Shown in pieces: positions 32,539 through 41,846 of a DNA stretch of 64,000 nucleotides. How positions within the stretch are numbered: position 1 is the stretch's first letter; every line of letters begins with the position of its first letter. The stretch spans positions 556,205 through 620,204 of the forward strand of contig CAWCGQ010000004.1 in the NCBI GenBank assembly GCA_963795125.1, given 5' to 3'. Made by a program: the position numbers and the translations under genes. The notes beneath the pieces are model-generated. The model saw only the letters and a list, made by a program, of their open reading frames with translations, did no database searches and was not told the DNA's origin. Source of the DNA: an uncultured Acidimicrobiia bacterium. GTDB taxonomy: Bacteria > Acidobacteriota > Vicinamibacteria > Vicinamibacterales > UBA2999.

Positions 32539-32592
32539 CGTGCCTTGGGTGCGTACGGTGCCTTTGGTGCGTACGGGGCGACAGGTGCCTAC
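32539..32592. repeat. Tandem direct repeat GTGCCTTGGGTGCGTACG x2 plus a partial copy
   Basis: cGTGCCTTGGGTGCGTACG/GTGCCTTTGGTGCGTACG/GGGCGACAGGTGCCTAC lies between the GT2 start and the TolC stop. A related GGTGCGCACGGTGC lies at 35866-35879. Confidence 0.7.
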
Positions 32593-34196
32593 TGGCCGAA
32601 CAGCGGCGCCTGCTGGACGGCGGAGTAGTTCACCACCGACTTCGCGTACTCGACCAGCGCCAGCAGCTCGTTGTTGCGGGCGATGTTCAGGTCGCGCTGC
32701 GCCTGCAGGACAAAGAAGTTCTGCGTCATGCCGGCCTGGTACTTCTTCTCTTCCGCTTCGAGCCGGCGCTCGGCGAGCACGCGCGACGAGCGCGTCGCCT
32801 CCACCCGCTTGGCGTTGGTCTGCACCGTGCGCGCGGCATCGCGAACCTGCGTGGTCACGGCCAGTTCGAGGCTGGTCAGCTGCCGTTCGGCCTGCGTCTG
32901 CTGCAGGCGCGCCCTGGCGAGCTGGGCTTCCTGGGTCGACTTGCCGATCGGATAGGCGATGTCGAGCTGCAGGCTCCAGCCCGGGAAGTCGCCGCTGAAG
33001 GTCGAGCCGAGACCGTTGAACAGACCGACGCTGGTCGACGACACGATGGCGCCGGTCGGCAGTCCGGTCTGCGGGTCGCGCGCACGCACCACTTGCGTGC
33101 CGGCGATCGACTGCGCGTTGTAGTTGACGTTCGCGGTGACGTCGGGCAGCGATTGATTGCGGAAGTAGCGGATGTTGACGTCGTTGATCTCGAGGTTCTT
33201 GCGCGCGTTGACCACGTCGGTGCGCTGCGTCAGCGCGCTCTTGACGGCGGCGTCGGTGTCGACCGCGGCCGGCACGAACGTCACCGTGTCGGTAGGCTCG
33301 ATTCGCGCGGTCCAGAAGTCCGGTGACGACGGGTTGTAGACGAGGGTGCGGATCGCGTCCTGCTGCCGATCGATCGCGGCCTCGGCGATAATCACCGATT
33401 CCTCGCGGGTCGCCACCTCGGCTTCGGCCTGCACGATGTCGAGCGGCGCCATGGTGCCAATCTCGACCCGGGCGCGATTGTCCTTGAGCGACTGCTCCGC
33501 CAGGCCGAGCGACTGGCGCTGCACCGCCAGGTTGCCGATCGCGTAAGTCAGATCGTAGTAGGCATTGCGGACGTTGCGGGTCGTCAGCGCAATCGACTGC
33601 TGCAGCTGGACGTCGCTGATCTCGCGATTCTTCTGCCCGACCAATAACTGCTGGCGCGTCCCGTCGATCTTGAAGTTACGCAACAGCGGCTGGGTGAAGG
33701 TGGCGCTGATGGACGAGTTGAGCTGCGGGTTGAACGTCGAGAAGGCGTTGTTGGTGGTGTTGCGCGCGTTGTTCCACCGCACGTCGTAGCTGCCGCCGTG
33801 GAACGCCGTCTGCGACGCGACGCCGAAGTTGAACACGCTCCGGCCGCTGGTAATGCCGGTGGCGCTGCCGGACAGGAAGCTGGTTGACGGCTGCGTCGAA
33901 TCGGACGAACTCACCGTCGAGACGAAGTTGGGCGTGTAGGCCGCCTTGAACTGCGCGATCGACAAGTCCTGCAACTGCGGATTGATGCGCTGGACCTCGA
34001 GGTCGAGGTTCTGCTCGAGCGCCGTGGCCACCGCATCGTCAATGCTCATGCGGCGCACCGGGCCCTCCTGGGCCGCGGGCATGGCCGGCGTTGTCTGCGC
34101 GTGAACAGGGGATAGTCCGAAAACGGACACCGTCGCCGCCAACAGGCCGGCTCTTACCGCGGTCCGGGCGCAAAAACGCTTATCAAAACGCATCAC
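32589..34196 (-). CDS. TolC family outer-membrane efflux protein
   Basis: Intact 535-aa ORF with a signal peptide and two tandem OEP-type repeats (AYTPNF..., NVRNAYYDL..., ARVEIGTMAPLDIVQAEAEV, QNFFVLQAQRDL). Confidence 0.8.
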   Translation of the reverse strand: MMRFDKRFCARTAVRAGLLAATVSVFGLSPVHAQTTPAMPAAQEGPVRRMSIDDAVATALEQNLDLEVQRINPQLQDLSIAQFKAAYTPNFVSTVSSSDSTQPSTSFLSGSATGITSGRSVFNFGVASQTAFHGGSYDVRWNNARNTTNNAFSTFNPQLNSSISATFTQPLLRNFKIDGTRQQLLVGQKNREISDVQLQQSIALTTRNVRNAYYDLTYAIGNLAVQRQSLGLAEQSLKDNRARVEIGTMAPLDIVQAEAEVATREESVIIAEAAIDRQQDAIRTLVYNPSSPDFWTARIEPTDTVTFVPAAVDTDAAVKSALTQRTDVVNARKNLEINDVNIRYFRNQSLPDVTANVNYNAQSIAGTQVVRARDPQTGLPTGAIVSSTSVGLFNGLGSTFSGDFPGWSLQLDIAYPIGKSTQEAQLARARLQQTQAERQLTSLELAVTTQVRDAARTVQTNAKRVEATRSSRVLAERRLEAEEKKYQAGMTQNFFVLQAQRDLNIARNNELLALVEYAKSVVNYSAVQQAPLFGQ

Positions 34197-34396
34197 ACTG
34201 CTACTCCATTCGAAGGAATTGTCGAGTCTTTGACCGGGGCAACAGCAAAAGCAGTGCCGCGAGCCGAGACATCAGCCCTCAATGATAGACGCGAGAGGGC
34301 CTCCCCGGGTTCGTTCAAAACAAGGCCGCGGCCGTGCCAGCCGGAGCGACGAAGCGTCGAAATGTCGCGGAGGTGGGCCGATATACTAGCGATTCG

Positions 34397-34975
34397 ATGA
34401 CTGAAGCTGAAGTTTTGACAATTTTTAGACAATCCGGCGCTCTTCTCGAAGGGCACTTCCGGTTGTCGTCCGGACTACACAGCCCCGGCTACTTGCAATG
34501 CGCGCTGGTGCTGCAGCATCCGCGCGAAGCCGAGGCGCTCGGCGCCGCACTTGGCGCCATCGTGCGGGCGCTCGGGGTGCAAACGGTGCTGTCGCCGGCG
34601 CTCGGAGGCATCGTGATCGGGCAGGAAGTTGGCCGCGCTCTCGGCGTCCGCGCGATCTTCGCCGAACGGCAGGACGGCACCCTGACGCTGCGCCGCGGCT
34701 TCGCGCTCGAACCCGGCGAGAAAGTTCTCGTCGTCGAGGACGTCGTCACGACCGGTGGATCGACGCGCGAGACCATGGACGTGGCAAAAGCCGCGGGCGC
34801 GGTCGTGGTCGCCGCCTGCGCCATCGTCGATCGCAGCGGTGGCAAGCAGGGGCTGGATGTTCCATTCCACGCCTTGCTGCCGATGGCCGTGCAGGCGTAC
34901 ACGGAAGACGAGTGTCCGCTGTGCCAACAAGGGCTCCCGGTCGTCAAACCCGGGTCGCGCGCGGCGAAGGCTTGA
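34397..34975 (+). CDS. pyrE: Orotate phosphoribosyltransferase
   Basis: GALLEGHFRLSSGLHSPGYLQC and the PRPP loop VLVVEDVVTTGGSTRE. The ATG at 34397 is preferred (TATACT hexamer 11 nt upstream). Confidence 0.85.
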   Translation: MTEAEVLTIFRQSGALLEGHFRLSSGLHSPGYLQCALVLQHPREAEALGAALGAIVRALGVQTVLSPALGGIVIGQEVGRALGVRAIFAERQDGTLTLRRGFALEPGEKVLVVEDVVTTGGSTRETMDVAKAAGAVVVAACAIVDRSGGKQGLDVPFHALLPMAVQAYTEDECPLCQQGLPVVKPGSRAAKA

Positions 34976-35025
34976 GGCCCTGAGGGCTTTGACGTCCTGA
35001 GGTCCTGAGGTCTTGGGGTCCTGAC
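34970..35025. repeat. 8-nt-period word array (CTTGAGG/CCTGAGG family) filling the pyrE-truA spacer
   Basis: GGCTTGAG GCCCTGAG GGCTTTGA CGTCCTGA GGTCCTGA GGTCTTGG GGTCCTGA. Confidence 0.7.
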
Positions 35026-35034
35026 AACTTCCAC

Positions 35035-35862
35035 ATGGCATCGAGGACTCTCAAGTTCACGATCGCGTACGACGGCACCAACTACGCCGGCTGGCAGCGG
35101 CAGGCGAACGCGCTTGCCATCCAGCAGGTCCTCGAAGAGGAAATCGCCACCATCGTCGGGGCGCACCACCCGCTGAATGCCGCCAGCCGGACCGATTCGG
35201 GGGTGCATGCCGCCGCGCAGGTCGCGAGCCTCACGCTCGATCATCCGATCGCCTGCGGCGAGCTGCAGAAGGCGCTGAACGCGCGGTTGAAGGCCGGCGA
35301 TCTTCGCATCCGCGCCATCGAGGAGATGCCGGATCGCTGGGACGCGCGCATCTTCGCGAAGTCGAAGACCTATCGCTATGCGATCTGGAACGGCCCGGCG
35401 CCGAGCCCGTTCTTCCGTCACGTCGTGTGGCACGTGCCGCAGCCGCTCGATCTCGATCGCATGGCGCGCGCAACCGGGGCGTTGCTCGGCGAGCACGACT
35501 TCGCGGCGTTTCAGGGCCGCGGCACCGACGTCAAGACGACGGTTCGCCGGGTCCTCGCCGCGCAAATGATCGAGATGGACATGCACGCCGATCAGCCCAT
35601 CGCGCTGCCGCCGCTCGACCGCTCGACCGGCCCCGACGCTGGCGGCGCGGCGATGGACGACGGGCGGCTGTTTCGCTTTGAGACCAGCGGCACGGGATTC
35701 CTGCGCCACATGGTGCGCACCATCGTCGGCACGCTGGTCGAGATTGGCCGGGGTCAGCGCGCCGTCGAAGAGATGGCGGAAATTATCGCCTCACGCGATC
35801 GCCGCCGCGCCGGCCACAACGCTCCGCCGCACGGTCTGATGTTGTGGAGAGTGACTTACTAG
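35035..35862 (+). CDS. truA: tRNA pseudouridine(38-40) synthase
   Basis: IAYDGTNYAGWQRQ, AASRTDSGVHAAAQV (catalytic Asp), HDFAAFQ, GTGFLRHMVRTIVGTLVEIG. Confidence 0.9.
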   Translation: MASRTLKFTIAYDGTNYAGWQRQANALAIQQVLEEEIATIVGAHHPLNAASRTDSGVHAAAQVASLTLDHPIACGELQKALNARLKAGDLRIRAIEEMPDRWDARIFAKSKTYRYAIWNGPAPSPFFRHVVWHVPQPLDLDRMARATGALLGEHDFAAFQGRGTDVKTTVRRVLAAQMIEMDMHADQPIALPPLDRSTGPDAGGAAMDDGRLFRFETSGTGFLRHMVRTIVGTLVEIGRGQRAVEEMAEIIASRDRRRAGHNAPPHGLMLWRVTY

Positions 35863-35876
35863 GGTGCGCACGGTGC

Positions 35877-37199
35877 TCAAGGCTTGGTGATTTCGGCCTG
35901 CGGCGGTTTTCCGATCCATGAATTAACCACCCAGACCAAACCTGCCGCCGCGACAATCACCATCAGCAGGCGCAGTGCCGCCGCGATATCGCCAGGGCCC
36001 AGGTCGGGCATGCGGAAGTTGCGCAGCACCGCGCCGCGTTCGGTCGCCCAGTGCCAGGCGGTGTGCGCGACGAGCGCCGACAGCAGGATCGTGCCGATCC
36101 GCTCCGCGACCACATAGCGAAACACCAGCAGCAACAGCGGGATCGTGACCAGCAGGACCGCCACTTGCCCGATCTCGACGCCGACGTTGAACGCCAGCAG
36201 CGAGGCCAGCAGATGATCGCCCGCAAACTGCAGCCGCTCGCGCAGCAGGAACGAGAAGCCGAAGCCGTGAATCAGCCCGAACGCAAACGTCGCCATCCAG
36301 CGGCGCCGCAGGTTCGCGCCGACGATGTTCTCGAACGCCATATAGACGATCGAGATGGCGATCAAGGTCTCGATCATCGGCGGGAACCACAGGCTGGCGG
36401 GCGCCATGCCGAATGCCGACGCGATCAGCGTCACCGAATGCGCCACCGTGAAGGACGTGATCACGACCAGCAGCGGCCGGAATCGTCGAAACGGAATCAC
36501 CAGGCACAGCAGGAACAACAGATGATCGGCGCCGTCGAGAATGTGGAAAAAGCCCTCCCGCGCGAACAGCAGGAACGCCTGGTGCCAGCGCGGATCGAGG
36601 TGCACGATGCCGGTGTCGGCGTGGACGTCGAAGGCGCGCTCGGTTTTTCCGGGCTGCAGGAAGCGCAGCACGACGTTGACCTGCACGCCGAGCCGCGTCA
36701 GCCCGGGCAGGATGGCGAAGTCGGACTGATCGGAGGTAATGGGATATTCGAAGGCGATATCCATCAACCCCTGTTCCCAATAGATCCCGACCGACTGGTC
36801 GAGACGCGGGCCGGTCAGGACATGCGCGAGCGCGGCGTCGTACGACTGGAAGGATTGATCGGCGGGCAGCGAGACGCGGGCGCCGGCGACCGTGGGCCGG
36901 CCGAGCCGTTGGCCGTTCTCGTACAGCTGCAGGTAGTCGATCAGCCACAACGTGGCCGCATCCTTCAGGGCCTGATCGATGCGTGAAAAGTCCAGGAACC
37001 CGCTCGCGCCCGTCGGCACGTCCACGTCCCGCAGGGACTTCATCGGCACGCGCAGCAGCAGCGTCAAGGTCTGCCCTTGCGGGCGGACGAAACCGAAGAC
37101 CGTGACCTCGTTCGGGACCTCGTGCGCGCCGATCCCTGGAGCCAGGGCGACGAGTAAGGCGGCGACGAGGGCCACAGGCGTATAGGCTCGAAACCGCAC
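35877..37199 (-). CDS. HupE/UreJ family membrane protein with a large N-terminal periplasmic domain
   Basis: The C-terminal half has the HupE/UreJ TM pattern (GADHLLFLLCLVIP...SFTVAHSVTLIASA...FGLIHGFGFS...AFNVGVEIGQ). The GTG start at 37199 gives a signal-like VRFRAYTPVALVAALLVALAPGIGA. The longer ORF-track start at 37535 would overlap the divergent gene. Confidence 0.65.
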   Translation of the reverse strand: MRFRAYTPVALVAALLVALAPGIGAHEVPNEVTVFGFVRPQGQTLTLLLRVPMKSLRDVDVPTGASGFLDFSRIDQALKDAATLWLIDYLQLYENGQRLGRPTVAGARVSLPADQSFQSYDAALAHVLTGPRLDQSVGIYWEQGLMDIAFEYPITSDQSDFAILPGLTRLGVQVNVVLRFLQPGKTERAFDVHADTGIVHLDPRWHQAFLLFAREGFFHILDGADHLLFLLCLVIPFRRFRPLLVVITSFTVAHSVTLIASAFGMAPASLWFPPMIETLIAISIVYMAFENIVGANLRRRWMATFAFGLIHGFGFSFLLRERLQFAGDHLLASLLAFNVGVEIGQVAVLLVTIPLLLLVFRYVVAERIGTILLSALVAHTAWHWATERGAVLRNFRMPDLGPGDIAAALRLLMVIVAAAGLVWVVNSWIGKPPQAEITKP

Positions 37200-37371
37200 G
37201 CGGGCGGAACGGCCCCCGGGGCTTCGAGGCGCGGCGATGTCGATACTGACCTGTTCGTCGATACGCTCCACTGAACGGCTCAATAACTTGCTGGTTTCGA
37301 CGCTCGACACAGGTTCCGGCCCCAAGTATACTGGCGCCCGCCGAAGGGTACTTCTTGAGAGGGGAACCAAG

Positions 37372-38625
37372 ATGGAACGGGTTATGAAGAATCGCAAGCT
37401 CAAAGTCGGGGTGATGTTTGTCGCGCTGCTGCTCGCGCTGGGTGCGGGACAGGCCATGCTCGATCGCGCATCAGCCCAAGCCAAGCAGGTGCCTCGCTTC
37501 GAGGTCGACCCGTTCTGGCCGAAGCCGATGCCCAATAACTACGTGCAGGGCATGACGATCGGCATTGGTATTACCTCTGACGATCACGTGCTGGTCATTC
37601 ACCGCGCCAACGATGCCGGCAGCGGCCTCGATCGCACGGAGTACGCCATCCTGAAGGAAGGCTCGCCGCGCGTCGGCGAATGCTGCATGCCGGCCCCGCC
37701 GGTGCTCGAGTTCGATGCCGACGGCAATCTCGTTCGCAGCTGGGGCGGACCGTCGAAGGACGGGTCCTACGACTGGCCGGAAAGCAATCACGGCATCGTC
37801 GTGGACCACAAAGGCTTCGTGTGGATCGGCGGCAACGGCGGTCCCGATGCGCACATCCTGAAGTTCACGCGCGACGGCAAGTTCGTGGCGCAGTACGGCA
37901 AGAAGGACGCGCGCCTGCAGGCGGGCACCGGCGGCGCCAAGCCGAACTACGTGTCGAACAGCCTCGACATGAACAACTTCGGCCGGGTCGCGAAGATGTT
38001 CATCGATCCGAAGGCGAACGAAGGCTACGTGGCTGACGGCTACCTCAACAAGCGCGTCGCGGTGATCGACCTCGACAGCGGCAAGATCAAGCGCATCTGG
38101 GGCGCCTACGGCGAGCCGCCGACCGACCTGCCGCTCGGACCGTACGATCCGACGCAGCCGCCCGCCAAGCAGTTCCGCAACCCGGTGCACTGCGCCGAGC
38201 GCGCCGACGACGGCATGGTGTATGTCTGCGACCGTCCGAACGATCGTCTGCAGATCTTCACGAGCGAGGGTAAGTTCGTGAAGGAAGTGTTCGTGGCCAA
38301 GGAGACCCGTGCCGACGGTTCGGTGTGGGACGTCGCGTTCTCGAAGGATCCGCAGCAGACCTGGCTCTACATGGCCGACGGCGTCAACGAGCACGTTCGC
38401 GTGTTCAACCGCGCGACCATGGAAGAGGTCTACAACTTCGGCTACGGCGGCCGCCAGCCCGGCATGTTCCTGGGCGTGCACAGCCTCGCGGTGGACTCGA
38501 AGGGCAACATCTACACCACCGAAACCTACACCGGCAAGCGCCTGCAGCGGTTCAACTACAAGGGCATGGGCGCGGTGCCGAAGAGCGGCCAGGTCGCATG
38601 GCCGGGCTCCGCGGGCCTCAAGTAA
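37372..38625 (+). CDS. Secreted NHL-repeat beta-propeller protein
   Basis: Signal peptide (MERVMKNRKLKVGVMFVALLLALGAG), then repeated ...G.F..P.G..VD..G..YV.D..N.R.Q.F blocks (RNPVHCAERADDGMVYVCDRPNDRLQIF; HSLAVDSKGNIYTTETYTGKRLQRF). A GAGAGGGG Shine-Dalgarno lies about 8 nt before the ATG. Confidence 0.7.
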   Translation: MERVMKNRKLKVGVMFVALLLALGAGQAMLDRASAQAKQVPRFEVDPFWPKPMPNNYVQGMTIGIGITSDDHVLVIHRANDAGSGLDRTEYAILKEGSPRVGECCMPAPPVLEFDADGNLVRSWGGPSKDGSYDWPESNHGIVVDHKGFVWIGGNGGPDAHILKFTRDGKFVAQYGKKDARLQAGTGGAKPNYVSNSLDMNNFGRVAKMFIDPKANEGYVADGYLNKRVAVIDLDSGKIKRIWGAYGEPPTDLPLGPYDPTQPPAKQFRNPVHCAERADDGMVYVCDRPNDRLQIFTSEGKFVKEVFVAKETRADGSVWDVAFSKDPQQTWLYMADGVNEHVRVFNRATMEEVYNFGYGGRQPGMFLGVHSLAVDSKGNIYTTETYTGKRLQRFNYKGMGAVPKSGQVAWPGSAGLK

Positions 38626-38686
38626 CAGTCGGCAGTCAAGAGTCGACAGTTAAGAGTTCGGTCGGACGGTTGACAGTCAGCAGTTC
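38626..38686. repeat. 'AAGAGTCGNCAGTTAAGAG' family element, copy 1
   Basis: CAGTCGGCAGTCAAGAGTCGACAGTTAAGAGTTCGGTCGGACGGTTGACAGTCAGCAGTTCG starts at the first base after the NHL stop codon and runs into the terminator. Confidence 0.75.
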
Positions 38687-38722
38687 GGGCCGGCCCGGGG
38701 GAAACCCGGGCCGGCCTTTTCG
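38687..38722 (+). terminator. Intrinsic terminator after the NHL gene
   Basis: GGGCCGGCCCGGG-GGAAA-CCCGGGCCGGCC followed by TTTTCG. Confidence 0.8.
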
Positions 38723-38745
38723 TCGTACAATCACAGACCGACTCC

Positions 38746-39534
38746 ATGAGCCTCGATCAATTGCTGGAGTGGATCCCTTCGGGCGGGCCGGAAGAGACGC
38801 TGGCGCGACAGGTTGAGTTCGATCGCCTGCCGCGGCACGTCGCCATCATCATGGACGGCAACGGGCGCTGGGCCGGCGAGCGCCACCTGCCGCGCGTGGA
38901 GGGTCATCGCGCCGGTGTCGACGCGGTGCGCGACATCGTCGAAGCGTCCGCTCGCCTCGGCCTCGAGGTCCTGACGCTCTACGCGTTCTCCGTCGAAAAC
39001 TGGAAGCGTCCGGCGGCTGAAGTCAGCACGCTGATGCTGTTGCTCAAGCGCTATCTCGGCCTCGAGCTGAGCACGCTGCTTCGCAACAACATCCGCTTCA
39101 ACGTGATTGGCCGGACCGATGCGCTGCCGCCCGATGTGCGTCACGAGCTGCTCGAGGCCGAGCACAAGACCGCCAAGAACACCGGGATGCTGTTCAACAT
39201 CGCGCTCAACTACGGCGGCCGCACCGAAATCGTCGATGCGGCGCGGCGCGCGCTCGAGGAGGGCATCAACCCGGCCGAGCTCGACGAGGATCGTTTCTCC
39301 AGTTTGCTGTATACGCGCGGCCAGCCCGATCCCGATCTGTTGATCCGGACGAGCGGGGAAATGCGCGTCAGTAATTTCCTGCTGTGGCAGATCGCCTACG
39401 CGGAGATCTGGGTCACCGACACCTTGTGGCCCGACTTTCGATGCCGTCACCTGCTCGAAGGCGTGCTCGCGTATCAGAAACGCGATCGCCGGTTCGGCGG
39501 CATCACTCCACCCGTGCCGGCCGGTGTCCGTTAG
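38746..39534 (+). CDS. uppS: Isoprenyl transferase (undecaprenyl diphosphate synthase)
   Basis: HVAIIMDGNGRWA, LTLYAFSVENWKRP, RTSGEMRVSNFLLWQIAYAE. Confidence 0.9.
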   Translation: MSLDQLLEWIPSGGPEETLARQVEFDRLPRHVAIIMDGNGRWAGERHLPRVEGHRAGVDAVRDIVEASARLGLEVLTLYAFSVENWKRPAAEVSTLMLLLKRYLGLELSTLLRNNIRFNVIGRTDALPPDVRHELLEAEHKTAKNTGMLFNIALNYGGRTEIVDAARRALEEGINPAELDEDRFSSLLYTRGQPDPDLLIRTSGEMRVSNFLLWQIAYAEIWVTDTLWPDFRCRHLLEGVLAYQKRDRRFGGITPPVPAGVR

Positions 39535-39682
39535 GCCACCGATTAGACAGCCACCGATTAGACAGCCACCGATTGACACCGATTAGACACCGACTAGACA
39601 GCCACCGACTAGACAGCCACCGATTGACACCGATTAGACACCGACTAGACAGCCACCGATTGACACCGATTAGACACCGACG
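39535..39682. repeat. Tandem array of GCCACCGATTAGACA-type units (11-15 nt, about 12 units, higher-order ~51-nt period) filling the uppS-cdsA spacer
   Basis: GCCACCGATTAGACA x2, then the pattern GCCACCGATTGACA-CCGATTAGACA-CCGACTAGACA(-GCCACCGACTAGACA) repeated nearly three times. It begins right after the uppS TAG. Confidence 0.85.
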
Positions 39683-39697
39683 AATGGAAATTCTCAC

Positions 39698-40480
39698 ATG
39701 ACGCGCGTCCTCAGCGGCGTCGTCCTCGGCGGCGCCGCGCTCGCGCTGATCTGGTTCCTCAGCTCGATCGCGCTGCTGCTGGTCGCGCTGATCGTCGCGG
39801 CGATCGCCTTTCACGAATACGAACGCATCGTCGATGCGATTGGCGCCAAGGTGCCGTACTGGACGGCGCTGCTGGCGACGCTGTTCGCCTGCGCGATGGT
39901 GCCGTTCCAGTGGATCGATATTGAATCGGTGCTGGCGGCGTCGCTGCTGCTGATCGCGCTCAACGTGCTGATCTCGGAGCGCGTCGGCACCCCGCTCCTG
40001 GCCGACACCGCGGCCGCGGTGCTGGCGCCGGTCTACATCGGCGTGCCGCTCGGTTGCCTGGTCGGCGTGCATGCGATCGCCGGGCGCGAGGCGGTGGTCC
40101 TGCTGATCGCCGCCGTCGCGGTGAGCGACAGCTCGCAGTACTACGCCGGCCGCACGTTCGGGCGCACCCCGCTGGCGCCGCTTCGCAGCCCGAAGAAGAC
40201 CCGCGAGGGCGCGCTCGGCGGCTTTGTCGTCGCGCCGATCTTTCTCGCGGTGGCCGGAAGCTACTGGCTGCCCGCGTTTCCGTGGTGGTGGCACGCGAGC
40301 GTCGGGCTCGGCATTGTCGCCACCGGCATCATCGGCGACCTGTTCGAGTCGATGCTGAAGCGCGCCGCGAACATGAAGGACAGCGGAACGCTCATCCCGG
40401 GCCATGGGGGAGTGCTGGACAGAATCGACGCACTTCTCTTTGCGGCGCCGGTGTTCTACTTTTTCCTCAGGAACGTGTAA
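39698..40480 (+). CDS. cdsA: Phosphatidate cytidylyltransferase
   Basis: SDSSQYYAGRTFGR...SPKKTREGALGG...GDLFESMLKRAANMKDSGTLIPGHGGVLDRIDALLF signature. Confidence 0.9.
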   Translation: MTRVLSGVVLGGAALALIWFLSSIALLLVALIVAAIAFHEYERIVDAIGAKVPYWTALLATLFACAMVPFQWIDIESVLAASLLLIALNVLISERVGTPLLADTAAAVLAPVYIGVPLGCLVGVHAIAGREAVVLLIAAVAVSDSSQYYAGRTFGRTPLAPLRSPKKTREGALGGFVVAPIFLAVAGSYWLPAFPWWWHASVGLGIVATGIIGDLFESMLKRAANMKDSGTLIPGHGGVLDRIDALLFAAPVFYFFLRNV

Positions 40481-40485
40481 TGACA

Positions 40486-40628
40486 GGGTTCCACAGGTTC
40501 CAGGGGTTCCACAGGGTTCCAAGGGCATCGTTCTGCTCTAGTTCCATGCGGTTCCCGGTGAACTATTGGAACCGCAGCAGCACGATGCCTTTGGAACCGG
40601 TGGAACCCTTGGCACCCCTGGAACCGTT
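40486..40628. repeat. GGTTCCA/TGGAACC word palindrome filling the cdsA-dxr spacer
   Basis: Left arm GGGTTCCACAGGTTCCAGGGGTTCCACAGGGTTCCAAGGG. Central hairpin GGCATCGTTCTGCT...GCGGTTCC/GGAACCGC...AGCAGCACGATGCC. Right arm TTGGAACCGGTGGAACCCTTGGCACCCCTGGAACCG. Confidence 0.8.
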
Positions 40629-41846
40629 GTGAAAAGACGGATCGCCATCCTCGGTTCGACCGGTTCGATCGGGACCAGCGCCCTCGACGTCGCGCGAACG
40701 CATCCCGATCGCGTCGAGGTGGTGGCGCTCGCGGCGGCGAGCAACGTCGGCGCCATGGTCAAGCAGATCCTCGAGTTCCGGCCGCGCGCGGTGGCGATGG
40801 CGACGGGCGAGGCGATGGACCGGCTGCGCGCCGCGCTCGGGGGATCCCCCGCCGAGATCTCCGGCGTCGGCAACGACGGCCTGTGCGAGATTGCGTCCCA
40901 TCCCGACGTCGACCTGGTGTTGTGCGCCTCGTCGGGGACCGCGGCGCTCGATGCGGTGCTCTGCGCCATCGAGGCCGGCAAGACGATCGCGCTGGCAAAC
41001 AAGGAAGTGCTGGTGATGGCGGGCGGCCTGGTGATGGAGGCTGCGAGACGGAAGGGCGTCGCCGTGCTGCCGGTCGACAGCGAGCACAACGCCATCCATC
41101 AATGTCTCCACGGCCGCCGCGACGGCGAGGTGCGACGTCTCATCCTGACCGCGTCGGGCGGGCCTTTTCGCGGCCGGTCCCTGGCCGGGCTCGCTGACGT
41201 GACCGCCGCCGACGCGCTGAAGCATCCAACGTGGCAGATGGGCCCGAAGATCACCATCGACTCGGCGACCTTGATGAACAAGGGACTCGAAGTGATCGAG
41301 GCACACTGGCTGTTCGACGTGCCGCCGGCGCGGATCGACGTGGTGGTGCACCCGCAATCGATCGTCCACTCGATGGTCGAGCTCCTGGACGGCTCGATCA
41401 TCGCGCAGCTGGGCATCACCGACATGCGGCTGCCGATCCAGTATGCGTTCGCGTATCCCGACCGCTGGGACGCCCCCGTGCCCTTCCTGGATCTCACCCG
41501 GCAGAAGCCGCTCGAGTTCCATGAGCCGGCGTGGGACGACTTTCCGTGCCTGCGGCTCGCGTATCGCGCGCTCGATGCCCCGCCGCACGACGCAGACGAC
41601 GGGTCGCCCGGACCGCGGGTGCAGCGCAGCCTGCCGATCGTGTTGAACGCGGCCAACGAGGTCGCGGTGGCGTGTTTTCTCGAGGGACGTCTCGGTTTCA
41701 CGCATATTCCCCGGGTGATCGCTCAGGCCATGGAGGCGCACACGCCGGAGGCGGCGGCGACGCTCCAGGACGTCCGGCGGGTCGATCGGTGGGCCCGGAT
41801 CCACGCGGCCGAGCTGGCTCGAGAGTTAGAATTGGAAAAGCAATGA
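40629..41846 (+). CDS. dxr: 1-deoxy-D-xylulose-5-phosphate reductoisomerase
   Basis: GTG start gives VKRRIAILGSTGSIGTSALDV. Also LANKEVLVMAG, VDSEHNAIHQC, LTASGGPFR, IDSATLMNKGLEVIEAHWLF, HPQSIVHSMVE. Confidence 0.9.
   Translation: MKRRIAILGSTGSIGTSALDVARTHPDRVEVVALAAASNVGAMVKQILEFRPRAVAMATGEAMDRLRAALGGSPAEISGVGNDGLCEIASHPDVDLVLCASSGTAALDAVLCAIEAGKTIALANKEVLVMAGGLVMEAARRKGVAVLPVDSEHNAIHQCLHGRRDGEVRRLILTASGGPFRGRSLAGLADVTAADALKHPTWQMGPKITIDSATLMNKGLEVIEAHWLFDVPPARIDVVVHPQSIVHSMVELLDGSIIAQLGITDMRLPIQYAFAYPDRWDAPVPFLDLTRQKPLEFHEPAWDDFPCLRLAYRALDAPPHDADDGSPGPRVQRSLPIVLNAANEVAVACFLEGRLGFTHIPRVIAQAMEAHTPEAAATLQDVRRVDRWARIHAAELARELELEKQ

Noticed and set aside
39535-39682. The tandem array between uppS and cdsA could be mistaken for a CRISPR array.
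   Set aside because: Units are only 11-15 nt and directly abut one another with no unique spacers. No cas genes or leader are nearby. It is a micro/minisatellite-like array, not a CRISPR.
39565-39687. TTGACA hexamers inside the uppS-cdsA array as functional -35 promoter boxes for cdsA.
   Set aside because: No acceptable -10 hexamer lies 16-18 nt downstream of any of the three copies (the best is AATGGA). The hexamer is simply part of the repeat unit.
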